The notes: generated from the sequence alone by a model not told the origin. DNA of 64,000 nucleotides from Patescibacteria group bacterium (GCA_028717685.1 JAQUNI010000004.1:8599-72598), one strand, 5' to 3'. Positions 47,355-58,198 are shown, counted from the first letter of the stretch. Translations and numbers: made by a program.

Positions 47355-49883
47355 TTAAAAATTATTTTTGTGCAAGCGGAAATAGGTTAATTTTACTCCT
47401 TCGCTCACAATAAAATATCCTATCACTAAAATACTGATGATCAATAGATGAGAAGCGCGAAGAGATGAAAATTGAAAAAACTTTTGCCCCAATTGGCTTA
47501 ATGGAAGCGCGAATGTGAAGAAGACGGCTAAAATGGCGAGGATCACCAACGGAATACTAGGCTTTCGGGCTTTCAGAAAAAATTTGTGGGTTCTAATGGA
47601 AAAGATGAGCACAATTTCCGCCAGCACGCTTTCCATAAACCAGAGGGTTTGAATGACGCCGGAACTACTATGGTAAAAAATGGCTAAAAAGATTACATCA
47701 AAAACCGTGGCTACGGCGCCCAGAAGAGCTACTAATAGAAACATCTTGCTAAATTGATACTTTTTCGGTCTTTTTAATTCGGCAAAGTCAACTCTGTCGG
47801 TAATCAGAGAAATTAAATAAAAGTCGGGCAGTAGATTGGCAAGCAGAATCTGCGCGGGGAGCATCGGTAAAAATGGCAAGAATAAAGAAATCAGGGCAAT
47901 GGAATAAAAATTACCAAAATTACTGGCTAAAACACATTTGATATATTTGTTAATATTCGCAAAAATGTGCCGTCCCTGTTGAATGCCCTGAATAATTACA
48001 TGGAGATTTTTTTCCAAAAGGATGATGTCGGCGTTTTCACGAGAGATATCAGCGGCTTGGCGCACCACGAGGGAAACATCGGCTGTTTTCAGGGCGGGAG
48101 CGTCATTCATCCCTTCTCCTAAAAAACCAACGGTATATTTTTTCTGCAGCGCCTGCACGATTTTAAATTTAGCGGTTGGAGAAATTCTGGCAAAAATACT
48201 GAATTTATCGCAAGCTTGTGAAAAATCGCGAGGGGAGAGGGAATTAAGCTCTGATCCTAAAATCACTTCTTTTTTCGCGTCCTGAATCAAACCTGCCTTC
48301 TTCCCCACTGCTCCCGCTACTTCAAAGCTATCCCCGGTTAAGATTTTTATTTTGACCCCGAGATCTTTAGCGAGCCCTAACGCTTGATAGGCTGATTTTT
48401 TCAAAGGATCGCTAAAGATGAAGTAGCCTAAAAAATTCAGTTCCTTTTCTTCTTTTTTCAGAGAAAGCTTTTTGGATATTTCTTTGTAGGCTACCACTAA
48501 AGCCCTCTGACCTTCCTGGCCTTTCTTTTGAATTTGTTTTTCAATTGTTTCTTTATTTAATTTTCCGGGAAAGGTCGCGCAAAGCTTGAGCACAGTTTCA
48601 GGCGCCCCATTCACAACAAGAAGATATTTATCGCTCCCTTTTTCTTTAAATAAACCGCTTTCCCGGAACCGAAAGGAATCAAAGGGCAGGGAAGTAATTT
48701 TTTTGAACTCTTTTAATTCCCGCGCCATCTTAATTTTAGAAGGAACTTTTTGATAAATCGCCCTGTCAAAAGAATTTTCTCCTTCCGCGTTCCCTTCCTG
48801 ATATGAGGAGAGAAGCAAAGCGTAAAGGAAACATTGATCCCGCTCTTTGGAAACAACATCTTGCAAAGTGAGTTTTCCTTCCGTAATGGTGCCTGTCTTA
48901 TCCGCGCAGAGCATTTCAATATTTCCCAAATCTTCAATCGCCGCCAATCTTTTGACAACCATATTTTTCTTGGCTAGTTTTAAAGCGCCGCGAGACAAAG
49001 CGAAAGTGGTAATGAGAGGCAAAGCTTCGGGAATAATACTGACGATCAAAGCGATGCAGAAAATGAGAAAATCAAAAAAATGATTTAGACCTCTTGAAAT
49101 AAGATAAACTAGAAATATGGCGGCGATGGTCGGCACAACGACTTTAATAATAGACTTGCTAAAATCAAATAACTTTTTTTCATAGATACTTTGTTTGGGT
49201 TTTTGGGTGCTTAATTTGGCAATCGCGCCCCAAAGGGTGTTTTTTCCCGTAGCCACTACCACTCCCCTTCCTTCACCCGAGATAACCTCTGTGCCGCAAA
49301 AAATAATGTTTTTAGCTTGGAAGATTTCTTCTGTTTTCATTTTTAAGGCAGTTGGATTTTTGGCAATTGGCGTCGCTTCGCCGCTTAAAACTTCCTCGTT
49401 GATCCAAAAATTTACCCCTTTGAGCATTCTTAAATCCGCCGGCGCGATATCTCCGGCGGCGAGGAGAATAATATCTCCCGGCACCAAGTATTTTTTGTCA
49501 AGGAGCATTTCTTTGCCGTCCCGCAGAACCTTAGATGTTTCAGGAATAAAACCTTGGAGAATTTTGGCGGCTTGGTTGGCGCGCAATTCTTGGATGAAGC
49601 CGAATAAAACATTTAAGACAATAAAAAACGCGATAACTATCCCTTCTGTGATTTCTTTAGTGAGGAAAGCGAAAACGGCGGCGAAAAATAAAAGATAAAA
49701 AAAGGCATATTTAAATTGCCTTAAAAAAACATCAAGAAGATTTGTCCTCTTGGTTTTAATTTCATTTAAACCAATCTCACCAAGGAGACCTGCCGCCTGC
49801 GCCTGGCTCAAGCCATTTTGAGAAGAATCCAACTCCTTGAAGACCTCACTAATTTTTTGATTTGTATATTGAAAGAATTGCAT
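47355..49883 (-). CDS. mgtA: P-type cation-transporting ATPase (MgtA-like)
   Basis: PEALP, DKTGT, TGD, SNFGN; hinge reads GEGMND. Confidence 0.8.
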   Translation of the reverse strand: MQFFQYTNQKISEVFKELDSSQNGLSQAQAAGLLGEIGLNEIKTKRTNLLDVFLRQFKYAFFYLLFFAAVFAFLTKEITEGIVIAFFIVLNVLFGFIQELRANQAAKILQGFIPETSKVLRDGKEMLLDKKYLVPGDIILLAAGDIAPADLRMLKGVNFWINEEVLSGEATPIAKNPTALKMKTEEIFQAKNIIFCGTEVISGEGRGVVVATGKNTLWGAIAKLSTQKPKQSIYEKKLFDFSKSIIKVVVPTIAAIFLVYLISRGLNHFFDFLIFCIALIVSIIPEALPLITTFALSRGALKLAKKNMVVKRLAAIEDLGNIEMLCADKTGTITEGKLTLQDVVSKERDQCFLYALLLSSYQEGNAEGENSFDRAIYQKVPSKIKMARELKEFKKITSLPFDSFRFRESGLFKEKGSDKYLLVVNGAPETVLKLCATFPGKLNKETIEKQIQKKGQEGQRALVVAYKEISKKLSLKKEEKELNFLGYFIFSDPLKKSAYQALGLAKDLGVKIKILTGDSFEVAGAVGKKAGLIQDAKKEVILGSELNSLSPRDFSQACDKFSIFARISPTAKFKIVQALQKKYTVGFLGEGMNDAPALKTADVSLVVRQAADISRENADIILLEKNLHVIIQGIQQGRHIFANINKYIKCVLASNFGNFYSIALISLFLPFLPMLPAQILLANLLPDFYLISLITDRVDFAELKRPKKYQFSKMFLLVALLGAVATVFDVIFLAIFYHSSSGVIQTLWFMESVLAEIVLIFSIRTHKFFLKARKPSIPLVILAILAVFFTFALPLSQLGQKFFQFSSLRASHLLIISILVIGYFIVSEGVKLTYFRLHKNNF

Positions 49884-49902
49884 TAACCAAAGACAGAAAT
49901 GC

Positions 49903-50517
49903 TTACGTGTCTAAATATTTGTTTATAAACTTATTAATGTCATCCCGCACGCGGGTAATTATTTCTTCACCATTAATAATATGCAAATTTTTTTCTTTCT
50001 GCGCGATATCAAGATAATTTTTTCTTACCTTTTCCAATATCGCTTTGCGTTCAAATAATTCAACATTGTAGCGGATTTTTTTCATTCGTTCCATGGCTGT
50101 CTCCGCGGTCACGTCAATTAAGAAAGTCAGATCCGGTCTTCTGAATTTCTTATTAATTTTGTAAATCCATTCTTGGTCGCAATCAATAGAGCCATACGCG
50201 ATAGAAGACAGGTAGTAACGATCGCAAATTACAATGTAGTGGTCGCGAAGCGCCGGTTCTATTACCTGGCTTAAATGATGGGCGCGGTCGGCGGCGAATA
50301 ATAGCTGTAAACCGTCCGGCGTTGTTTTCCAATCGCCGGTTAAGCAACCGCGGATGAGCCCCCCGATAATATTATTAGTCGGCTCTTTGGTGATTAAAAT
50401 TTTTTGCTCCGGCTTTTCATTGCGCAGATAGCCCGCCAATAAATCTACCTGCGTGGTGGTGCCCGCTCCGTCTAGCCCTTCAAAGACGATAAAAAGAGAT
50501 TTTTTTTCTTGAGGCAT
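49903..50517 (-). CDS. tmk: thymidylate kinase
   Basis: FIVFEGLDGAG.TTQ, KEP, LLFAADR, DRY..SS.AY. Confidence 0.95.
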   Translation of the reverse strand: MPQEKKSLFIVFEGLDGAGTTTQVDLLAGYLRNEKPEQKILITKEPTNNIIGGLIRGCLTGDWKTTPDGLQLLFAADRAHHLSQVIEPALRDHYIVICDRYYLSSIAYGSIDCDQEWIYKINKKFRRPDLTFLIDVTAETAMERMKKIRYNVELFERKAILEKVRKNYLDIAQKEKNLHIINGEEIITRVRDDINKFINKYLDT

Positions 50518-50534
50518 ATTATTTGAAAAAATTA

Positions 50535-51059
50535 TTACCAGTTTCTATAGCCAGCCGTATAGCTTGCCCATGCCCAACAAATTCTTACAGGATCAATAAT
50601 GTTTTTGTACACAGGGTTAGAACAATTTTCCGGAACATGGATAAGGAGTTTGTAGTCAGTGCCATTAGAGGCATATAAATAATCCCTGCCCACAGAACAA
50701 TCCCCTTGAGGATCGGAGGGTAAGGCGGGGATGAATTCGGGGGCTAAGCCGGGAATCCAATTAGGGCTCGCGGGACCATAACAGCCTAGTTTGCTTGTCC
50801 AAGCGGTAGCTACGGGATAGGCATTATATTTATCATAATACATTTCCAAAGCAGTGGTGAGATTTTTGAGATCCGAAGACCTTTTTACATCTCTTGCTTT
50901 TGCTCTGGCGCTGTTTACTGAAACGGCGACAATGGTTGCTAAGAGTCCAATTATGGCAATAACAACTAAAAGTTCAATTAGGGTGAACCCAGTTGGAAAT
51001 TTATACTTTTTAAAATGACGTTTTTTACTTCCTATTATTCCTAACGGGGATGATAGCAT
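50535..51059 (-). CDS. type IV pilin / GspG-like prepilin
   Basis: GFTLIELLVVIAIIGLLA cleavage motif, ARD..R..DL, P.DP. Confidence 0.92.
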   Translation of the reverse strand: MLSSPLGIIGSKKRHFKKYKFPTGFTLIELLVVIAIIGLLATIVAVSVNSARAKARDVKRSSDLKNLTTALEMYYDKYNAYPVATAWTSKLGCYGPASPNWIPGLAPEFIPALPSDPQGDCSVGRDYLYASNGTDYKLLIHVPENCSNPVYKNIIDPVRICWAWASYTAGYRNW

Positions 51060-51644
51060 AAATTATTTTTGTAATTATAATAATTCATTTTTAATACCGA
51101 ATTTTCAGTTATTTTTTGGCTGGCGGCACGGAATTCAATACAGCGCAAAAGATTGAATAGAATACTACCAAGAACTGCAAGCAGGCTCCCCGCTACACAA
51201 CATCCATGCCCAAGTAGGGCGTATGGGATCGTAAAATGGCTGGCCTACGCTTGGGAAACTTTCCGGTCCATTTGCATGAGAAAGTAGTTTGTAATTTGTT
51301 CCATTCGAGGCGTAGAGATACCCAGACCAACCACTGGTATCTCCCCGCGGATCAATGGGTAAAACAGAAATGTAGGTAGGAGTTAATCCTGGTATATATG
51401 CGTTCGCGCCGCTTGTAGCTCGGCTTCCGCCATTCGCACTTACGCCCCACCAGTTACCGCCAGTCGATGGATACGCATTATTGCTATCAAAATATAATTC
51501 TAAAGCAGTTTGCAGTTGTTTCAGATCAGCTTTGCGTTTGGTATCTCTTGCTTTTGCTCTGGCGCTGTTTACTGAAACGGCGACAATGGTTGCTAAGAGT
51601 CCAATTATGGCAATAACAACTAAAAGTTCAATTAGGGTGAACCC
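50889..51644. repeat. 102-bp perfect direct repeat shared by two pilin genes (50889-50990; 51543-51644)
   Basis: base-by-base identity read from the sequence. Confidence 0.9.
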
Positions 51645-51713
51645 CCTCAAAGAATATTTGACATCTGACTTCTGACATTTGACACTAAAAGGAGATTTTA
51701 TCAGCTTATTCAT
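51165..51713 (-). CDS. type IV pilin / GspG-like prepilin
   Basis: GFTLIELLVVIAIIGLLA, ARD.KR.ADL, P.DP. Confidence 0.92.
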   Translation of the reverse strand: MNKLIKSPFSVKCQKSDVKYSLRGFTLIELLVVIAIIGLLATIVAVSVNSARAKARDTKRKADLKQLQTALELYFDSNNAYPSTGGNWWGVSANGGSRATSGANAYIPGLTPTYISVLPIDPRGDTSGWSGYLYASNGTNYKLLSHANGPESFPSVGQPFYDPIRPTWAWMLCSGEPACSSW

Positions 51714-51805
51714 AAATTGATTTTTTTATTTTTTTTGTGGGCTCCACAGCCCTCCCTTCGGTCGGGACTATGGAGTCCACAGAGAATTAAAAAATAAAAA
51801 AATAC

Positions 51806-52057
51806 TTAGAGCAGGCCTTCATAAGCCGAGGAAAAACTTTTTAGCATAAAAGGAATCGCAATCAAAAGACCAATCAGCGGCAAAACAACCATCCCCACCT
51901 GGATAATTGTGTTCCAAAGGATGTATTTGCGGGTTTTCTCCGCTGCTTCCGCCGCCCTCTTGCTATACATTAGGATTTGGTCTATCTTGTCTTGCGGGCT
52001 TTGCGGAAGCCTATTTTCTATTTCTTTTTTTATTTCTGAACCTAAGATTGTGGGCAT
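51806..52057 (-). CDS. small membrane protein
   Basis: 83 aa with a C-terminal TM. Confidence 0.65.
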   Translation of the reverse strand: MPTILGSEIKKEIENRLPQSPQDKIDQILMYSKRAAEAAEKTRKYILWNTIIQVGMVVLPLIGLLIAIPFMLKSFSSAYEGLL

Positions 52058-52084
52058 AATATAAAGCTAAAAGCGAAAAGTAAG

Positions 52085-53368
52085 TTAAAATAATTTTTCT
52101 TGGATTTTCTTTTTTACTTTAGGGCTTTGGACTTTAATCTTGCCATATATGCCGTCATAACCAGGAATAACCTCCACTTTCCCCAGCCGGGTGTTAATAA
52201 TCGCTTGGGCAATTTCGGGAGTGGTGGCGCGGAGCAAGCCTTCCGCATTCACATTAAGTAAAATCGCAAATTCATTACGATGTTCGCGGATTAACGCGAA
52301 ATATTTTTCATTTACCCCCCGCGTGCCTACTCCGATTCCTATCGCATCCGCAATGATTTCCTCCAAGGGAATAAGATTTTTGAAAGGAATGCTGTTTTCG
52401 GGTATAAAACCTTGGGGGCGATCCGCTAAATCGTCCACGCGATGCAGGACGCCAATCGTGAGCGGCCGATGGCAAACAGGACAGATATTATTTTTTGCTT
52501 TAGAATCTTGGGGATTTAAAGAAACATCACAAGCCGCGTGACCATCGTAATGGTACTTGCCTTCCTCGGGAAAAAATTCCACTGTGAATAAAAATTGGTT
52601 TTTATCTTTGGTTTCCAGCGCCTTCTTAATTTCATTATAACTCATTTTACAATTTAACGCATTAGCCTCTCTGCCGATCTTGCGCGGCGAATGGGAATCC
52701 GAATTAGAAATGATAGCAATTTTGTCTAAGGCGGATAATCTCCAATTCATCGCGGGATCGCTTGATAAACCACTTTCTATCGCGTGAATATAGGGAGAAT
52801 ACTCTTCAAAACATTCTTCTAACCGATCAAAGCCGGAACGGGATCCAAAAAGCGAAAACCAAGGCGTCCAAATATGAGCGGGGACGATCATACAATCCTT
52901 AGAAATCGCCATTATCCGTCCCGCTAAATCCTTCGCGTCTAAGCCCAGGATCGGGCGACCGTCCGACTTTAAATTAAATTCCCAAGCTAGATTTGTATTA
53001 ATCTCTTCCGCGACTTCCAGGGAAGGAGCAAAAATAATATTGTGAATGCGGTAGGTTTTGCCGTGTTTCCCGTAAATTGAGGAAAGCTCGGTTGTTAGAA
53101 TAAAGCGGGTGGATGCAGGGTGCGGAAGCGCATAGGGCACTCCTTCCATTTGGCTCTTTTGATATTTGTCTTTTAAAACGAAAAGACCGGGCTCTGCTGG
53201 TTCCAGTTTTAGAGCTAGCTCGCGAAACCACTCGGGATGGGTAAAATCGCCCGTGGAAATCACATTGATTCCTTTCACCTTTGCCCAATAATTTAAATGC
53301 TCTAAATCCATATCGCGCGATGTGGCGCGGGAATATTTGGAATGGATATGAAAATCGGCGAGAAACAT
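52085..53368 (-). CDS. PHP-domain endonuclease Q family protein
   Basis: DFHIHSKYSRATS, GDFTHP, PAHIWTPW, NSDSHS, GKYH, CPVC, PGYDG.YG. Confidence 0.9.
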   Translation of the reverse strand: MFLADFHIHSKYSRATSRDMDLEHLNYWAKVKGINVISTGDFTHPEWFRELALKLEPAEPGLFVLKDKYQKSQMEGVPYALPHPASTRFILTTELSSIYGKHGKTYRIHNIIFAPSLEVAEEINTNLAWEFNLKSDGRPILGLDAKDLAGRIMAISKDCMIVPAHIWTPWFSLFGSRSGFDRLEECFEEYSPYIHAIESGLSSDPAMNWRLSALDKIAIISNSDSHSPRKIGREANALNCKMSYNEIKKALETKDKNQFLFTVEFFPEEGKYHYDGHAACDVSLNPQDSKAKNNICPVCHRPLTIGVLHRVDDLADRPQGFIPENSIPFKNLIPLEEIIADAIGIGVGTRGVNEKYFALIREHRNEFAILLNVNAEGLLRATTPEIAQAIINTRLGKVEVIPGYDGIYGKIKVQSPKVKKKIQEKLF

Positions 53369-53372
53369 AAAC

Positions 53373-53510
53373 CAATTTTTAATTTTAAATTCTAAATTTT
53401 AAATCAAATCCAAATTTTAAATTCTTAATTTTAAAACTTTTTTTCTTTGTTTTAAAATTTAAAATTCAAGCATTTAAAATGGACTTAAAATTAAAAATTT
53501 AGAATTTAAA
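53373..53510. repeat. convergent AT-rich heptamer arrays
   Basis: (AATTTTA)n / (TAAAATT)n. Confidence 0.65.
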
Positions 53511-54822
53511 ATTTTTTAACCTCCGGATTTAATTTTTCCTTTATGTTTTTTTCCAATCCCCTCTCCGTTGGCTTATAGAAGACTGTTCCTGTAATTTCAT
53601 CAGGCAAATGCTGCTGGGAAATTTCCGCGTCCGGAAAATTATGGGCGTAGCGATAACCCTTGCCATAACCCCATTTTTTCATTAAATGCGTGGGCGCGTT
53701 GCGGATCACCAAAGGGACAGCCAGGGCACCTGTGTCTTTGATTGTTTTTTTTACCTTTTGGTAGGCAGAATATAAAGCATTGGACTTAGGAGCGCAGGCT
53801 AGATGCACGACAGCTTGCGCGAGCGCCAACTCACATTCGGGCATCCCCACAAAATGGCAGGCTTCCTTGGCGGCGACAGCCACGAGAAGCGCGTGAGGGT
53901 CGGCTATACCCACATCTTCAGACGCGAAACGGATCAAGCGCCGCGCGATATATAAAGGGTCTTCGCCCGCTTCCAACATTCTTCCGAGCCAGTAGAGTCC
54001 GGCTTGGGGATCAGAATCACGCAGGGATTTATGGAGAGCGGAAATAATATTATAGTGTTCTTCTCCGTCTTTATCATATAATAACAATTTTTGTTGCAGG
54101 GCATTCTGGACGGTTTTGAGATTAATTTCGCGCATGCCGCCTTTTTTCAAAGTAGCCACTTTAAAGCTTAGTTCCAAGGTGTTTAAGGCAATACGGGCAT
54201 CGCCCTGCGCTTCTTTAGCAAGATATGCTAAAGCTTCCGGCAAGATTTTAATCTTAAATCTGCCTAACCCTTTTTCTTTATCAGCCAGAGCCTGTTCTAA
54301 AATAAATTTAATATTACTATCGGACAATGGCTTTAAGATATAAACTTGAGAACGGGAAAGCAAGGGATTGATTACTTCAAAGGAAGGATTTTCGGTGGTG
54401 GCGCCAATTAAAGTAATCGTGCCATTCTCCACATGCGGCAAAAAGGCATCTTGCTGCGCTTTATTAAAACGGTGGATTTCGTCCACAAAGACGATAGTTT
54501 TGCATTTGCGAAAATTCCAATCATCCTTGGCTTTACGGATTACCACTCTTAAATCTTTAATGCTGCTTGTTACCGCGGGAAAGGGAACAAAATTGGCGCG
54601 CGTTTTATGGGCGATAATTTTGGCTAAAGTGGTCTTACCGGATCCAGGTGGACCCCAGAAAATCAGGGAACTTAAATTATCCGCCACTATAGCGCGGCGC
54701 AGGGTTTTACCTCTGCCCACAATCTCCTCCTGACCGACAAAATAATCTAAATCTTGAGGCCGCATCCGCTCTGCCAAAGGCATAGTCACGTTATTTTCTC
54801 CTTGATGGTTGAATAAATCCAT
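53506..54822 (-). CDS. rarA: replication-associated recombination protein A
   Basis: PLAERMRP, GPPGSGKTT, DEIHRF, GATTENP, SALHKS. Confidence 0.96.
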   Translation of the reverse strand: MDLFNHQGENNVTMPLAERMRPQDLDYFVGQEEIVGRGKTLRRAIVADNLSSLIFWGPPGSGKTTLAKIIAHKTRANFVPFPAVTSSIKDLRVVIRKAKDDWNFRKCKTIVFVDEIHRFNKAQQDAFLPHVENGTITLIGATTENPSFEVINPLLSRSQVYILKPLSDSNIKFILEQALADKEKGLGRFKIKILPEALAYLAKEAQGDARIALNTLELSFKVATLKKGGMREINLKTVQNALQQKLLLYDKDGEEHYNIISALHKSLRDSDPQAGLYWLGRMLEAGEDPLYIARRLIRFASEDVGIADPHALLVAVAAKEACHFVGMPECELALAQAVVHLACAPKSNALYSAYQKVKKTIKDTGALAVPLVIRNAPTHLMKKWGYGKGYRYAHNFPDAEISQQHLPDEITGTVFYKPTERGLEKNIKEKLNPEVKKF

Positions 54823-54982
54823 TATATTTATATAATACAGTTTTAAGCTCGCTTTTCTCTTATTTTAGAACATTTATCAGGAAATTTCAACGTTAAGATA
54901 ATAAAAATCCAAATTATATTAGAAATAAAGATTTTATGCTATGATAAGATTAAAATATTCTTTTTTATTGGTGAGATAAATT

Positions 54983-55900
54983 ATGCGGCGAAAGAACAAA
55001 ATTATTATTCTTGCGGCTGTTTTGATAGTCATCCTTTTTGGGTTTTGGGAATTTTTGGCACGCGATCAAGGAGTTAATTTTATTATAGAAGGCAAGCGGG
55101 AGACAGTGCATTTGCCCCGTTTTCCAGGAATGCAATTAATTTCCTCCCAAAAAGGCGAGTGCTCTTTTGAGGCGAGCTATGCTTATCGCTTTTATAAAGG
55201 CAGAAATTTGTCTAAATACGTGATTGATTCTTTGAAAGAAGGTTTTATTCTGAAAAGTTGGGAAATGAAAGATGCGCGAGATGAAGAAGGGTTCAATGTC
55301 TTTGAATTTTATAAAGAAAAAGATGGGAAATTGGAAACAGTAGAGCTTAAGATTGGTTTTCAAGAAAACAAAGGAACTGTTGTTTTTTTAAATTACAAAC
55401 GACCGCCTTGCTCGGAAAGTAAAAAGGAGAGAGCGACAAACAAAATAATCTTGCAACTCTATTTTAATAATAGTAATTTTAATCCCAATCTGGAGGATTG
55501 CCGCAAGGTTTATCCGGTGACGCGGGAATTTGATAAAATACCGGAAAATATAGCCCTGCAGTCTCTTACAGAACTTTTGAAAGGACCTTCTCCCGAGGAG
55601 ATTTCTCAAGGTTACATCTCATTTTTTTCGGAAAAAACTAAACTTATTTTAAAAGAATTGAAAATAAAAGACGAAACGGCTTATGTCAATTTTTACGATT
55701 TTCGGAGTATTATTCCCAATGTCAGCGCTAGCTGCGGCAGCGCGGAATTTATGGCTGAGATAGAGACTACTTTAAAGCAATTCCCCAATATCAAAAAAGT
55801 TATTTTTGCCATTGAAGGCAAACCAGCAGTATTTTATGAATGGGTACAGCTAGGCTGCACTGAAGAAAATAATAACTGCGACGGAAGACCGTTTCAATAA
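54983..55900 (+). CDS. GerMN-domain membrane-anchored protein
   Basis: N-terminal TM, ELLKGP, AYVNF, TLKQFPNIKKV.FAIEG. Confidence 0.8.
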   Translation: MRRKNKIIILAAVLIVILFGFWEFLARDQGVNFIIEGKRETVHLPRFPGMQLISSQKGECSFEASYAYRFYKGRNLSKYVIDSLKEGFILKSWEMKDARDEEGFNVFEFYKEKDGKLETVELKIGFQENKGTVVFLNYKRPPCSESKKERATNKIILQLYFNNSNFNPNLEDCRKVYPVTREFDKIPENIALQSLTELLKGPSPEEISQGYISFFSEKTKLILKELKIKDETAYVNFYDFRSIIPNVSASCGSAEFMAEIETTLKQFPNIKKVIFAIEGKPAVFYEWVQLGCTEENNNCDGRPFQ

Positions 55901-56125
55901 TATATAGCCTCTTAAACAAAGGCTGGGTATTTTGGGGTAAAAACTAAAAAGGCTAGATTAATGGTCATCTTAGCCTTTTTATTTTCAGAATAGTTCGGTT
56001 TGTCTATATTTTATTTTGGATTATTTTATTCCGTCTATTGTTTTATTTCATTCTATACCAAAATAAACGGCAAGTATAATCTTGTTTTTATATTTTCTTA
56101 TCCGAAAGGATTCTTCAGAAAATTA

Positions 56126-56263
56126 TTATTGTGGCGGGGTGGGCATTGTAGGACCGGCGCCTTCGCCACCGCCTCCTTTATTGCCTTTTTTCTTCACAAT
56201 CCAAATAATAATCAGAATGACCACAATGGCGATTAAAATCCATAATATCCAAGTGAGAGACAT
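56126..56263 (-). CDS. 45-aa single-pass membrane peptide
   Basis: MSLTWILWILIAIVVILIIIWIVKKKGNKGGGGEGAGPTMPTPPQ*; SD AGGAGG upstream. Confidence 0.7.
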   Translation of the reverse strand: MSLTWILWILIAIVVILIIIWIVKKKGNKGGGGEGAGPTMPTPPQ

Positions 56264-56318
56264 ATAATCACCTCCTCTCTAAAGTATGAATAAGGAATTA
56301 GGAATATTTTATTTTTAT

Positions 56319-57251
56319 TCATAATTCATTATTCCTGATTCGATTATTTATTTTCCATCTTTTCTGCAAAAAGTAAGTAAGATGGGGTTTAAATTTATGA
56401 ATATTATTTTTTAAACTGGTATTGCCTTTGATTTTGATTTGAGCGAAATCCATATTTCCTAACTTTAGTTTATCACAATAATACAAATAGCCAATATCTT
56501 TAGGGTTAAAGCCCATTATTCTTGCCATTACACTATCCGCCGCCAAGAAATCACAGGAAGCGAGGGCTAGATGCAGAGGAACAATATTGCCGGCAGAAGG
56601 TCCGTTTCCTTCCATAGCGTGAAATCCATCAATCACCGCGAGATGGGGAGGAATGATTTTCGCTAAATAAGCAATAGTTAAATGAAGAGCTTTAGGACCT
56701 TGATGAAAATTGCGGTTGCCGGTTTTATATTTCTCCTTGAGCGCCCCTATTACCATATTTTTCAGGCTCAAGGTTAAAATTACCGCGTCGTGGGTTTTGG
56801 GCGGTCCGACCGCAATACGAAAATCGCTGTCTAGAAAAGCTCTAAAAATATGCTGGGTAAGATCCCGCTTTAAAGATTTAGAATAAATTTTGATTGCCGC
56901 TCCCTCATCATTATCCAAAGCCCTTAATTCAAGATCATATAGGCGAGGCAAATCTAAATAACCAAAGTTTTTGAAAGCCTCGGCTGTATCGCCCACTCCG
57001 GAGTCCTCGCCAACGATTACCCGCGCTTCTTTATCTTTGACCGCAAAAATAAAATCCAAAACCGCACGCAGGGCGTCAACATGGGTTACTGCTTCGGTAC
57101 GATCAGCGCGAATGGCGACACAATTCGGTTTCACTAAAATTTTTCTCTTGTCTTGGATTTTGGTTTTAATTTCCGGCTCTAAAATAGCAAGGGATCTTTT
57201 TATGTTTTCGTAACGATTGTTGCCTTTGATGAGACTTACTATACTTTTCAT
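56319..57251 (-). CDS. DUF362 domain protein
   Basis: ILVKPN, KTH, TLSLKN, IDG..AMEGNGP, D. Confidence 0.88.
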   Translation of the reverse strand: MKSIVSLIKGNNRYENIKRSLAILEPEIKTKIQDKRKILVKPNCVAIRADRTEAVTHVDALRAVLDFIFAVKDKEARVIVGEDSGVGDTAEAFKNFGYLDLPRLYDLELRALDNDEGAAIKIYSKSLKRDLTQHIFRAFLDSDFRIAVGPPKTHDAVILTLSLKNMVIGALKEKYKTGNRNFHQGPKALHLTIAYLAKIIPPHLAVIDGFHAMEGNGPSAGNIVPLHLALASCDFLAADSVMARIMGFNPKDIGYLYYCDKLKLGNMDFAQIKIKGNTSLKNNIHKFKPHLTYFLQKRWKINNRIRNNEL

Positions 57252-57381
57252 ATGGGCAGTATTTTTGAATTAGTCCGAGCTCCAGTAGTAAAGTAAAGTT
57301 TATTACTGCAGGGTTTAACAATTTCCAACTTTTTACTGTGCACGTCCGTAGCTTTAGCGGAGGAGTAGCGGCAACAGTTAT

Positions 57382-57894
57382 CTACCGAAAAAAAGATGTA
57401 ATTGATTGGATAAAGGCCGGTGCTTCAGAAAATGGGTATAAGCTTTTAAACCAACCACCGAATGCGTATAAACCAATGGCACCACCACCAACCGCATAGC
57501 CACCGATTGCCAATCCTCCGATAGCTATGATCCCGACGGCGAGACCGCCAAAAGCAATAACGCCAATTGACAAACCACCAATGGAGAACAGTAATCCCAA
57601 GCTCAACCCGCCAAAAGAGATAAGGCCAGCGCTCAAACTGCCTATGGAAAGTAAACCAACTGTAAATAAGCCGATAGCAATCTTGCCTTTTGCAAAAATA
57701 CCAATCGCAATACTGCCCTTTGCCTTCAGCCCAATATTAATGAAACCTTTGTCAGCGATAGAGACAGTACCGTCATCATTTCTGCCCCAGCAAATGTGAT
57801 AAGTCGGCTTCCCGAAGATTTGAGAGGAACTTACTTTTTCAAATTTCATTTGGCGAGGTTGACTATTAGAAGGGTCCATATGTTTTTTAGACAA
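57382..57894 (-). CDS. membrane protein with (G..A/S.G) Gly-rich repeats
   Basis: AKG.IAIG, repeated GGLAIG. Confidence 0.75.
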   Translation of the reverse strand: MSKKHMDPSNSQPRQMKFEKVSSSQIFGKPTYHICWGRNDDGTVSIADKGFINIGLKAKGSIAIGIFAKGKIAIGLFTVGLLSIGSLSAGLISFGGLSLGLLFSIGGLSIGVIAFGGLAVGIIAIGGLAIGGYAVGGGAIGLYAFGGWFKSLYPFSEAPAFIQSITSFFR

Positions 57895-57912
57895 ACATTA
57901 TTTTTTCGACTG

Positions 57913-57985
57913 AGCCCACGGTCGGATTTGAACCGACAACCTACGGTTTACGATACCGTTGCTCTACCAGTTGAGCTACATGGGC
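57913..57985 (-). tRNA. tRNA-Thr(CGT)
   Basis: GCCCATG acceptor, ACGGT-ATCGTAA-ACCGT anticodon arm, TTCAAAT T-loop. Confidence 0.93.
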
Positions 57986-58198
57986 TTGAGAGCGATGGCG
58001 GGCAGGCCGCGTCCGCCTCGCCTGAACGAGCTACTTAGGCTCGCGATGGCGGGGGGGGCGATACTGTTATTTTATATCAGTTTATGGAGTATATTTACGA
58101 CTTCGCTTGGGCTCATTTTATCAGAAATTCCTGATGAAAACCAGTGCCCGCCGCCACAGGCGGCGGGCAGAAAAACCCGACGGCTCGCAGGCAAAAAA

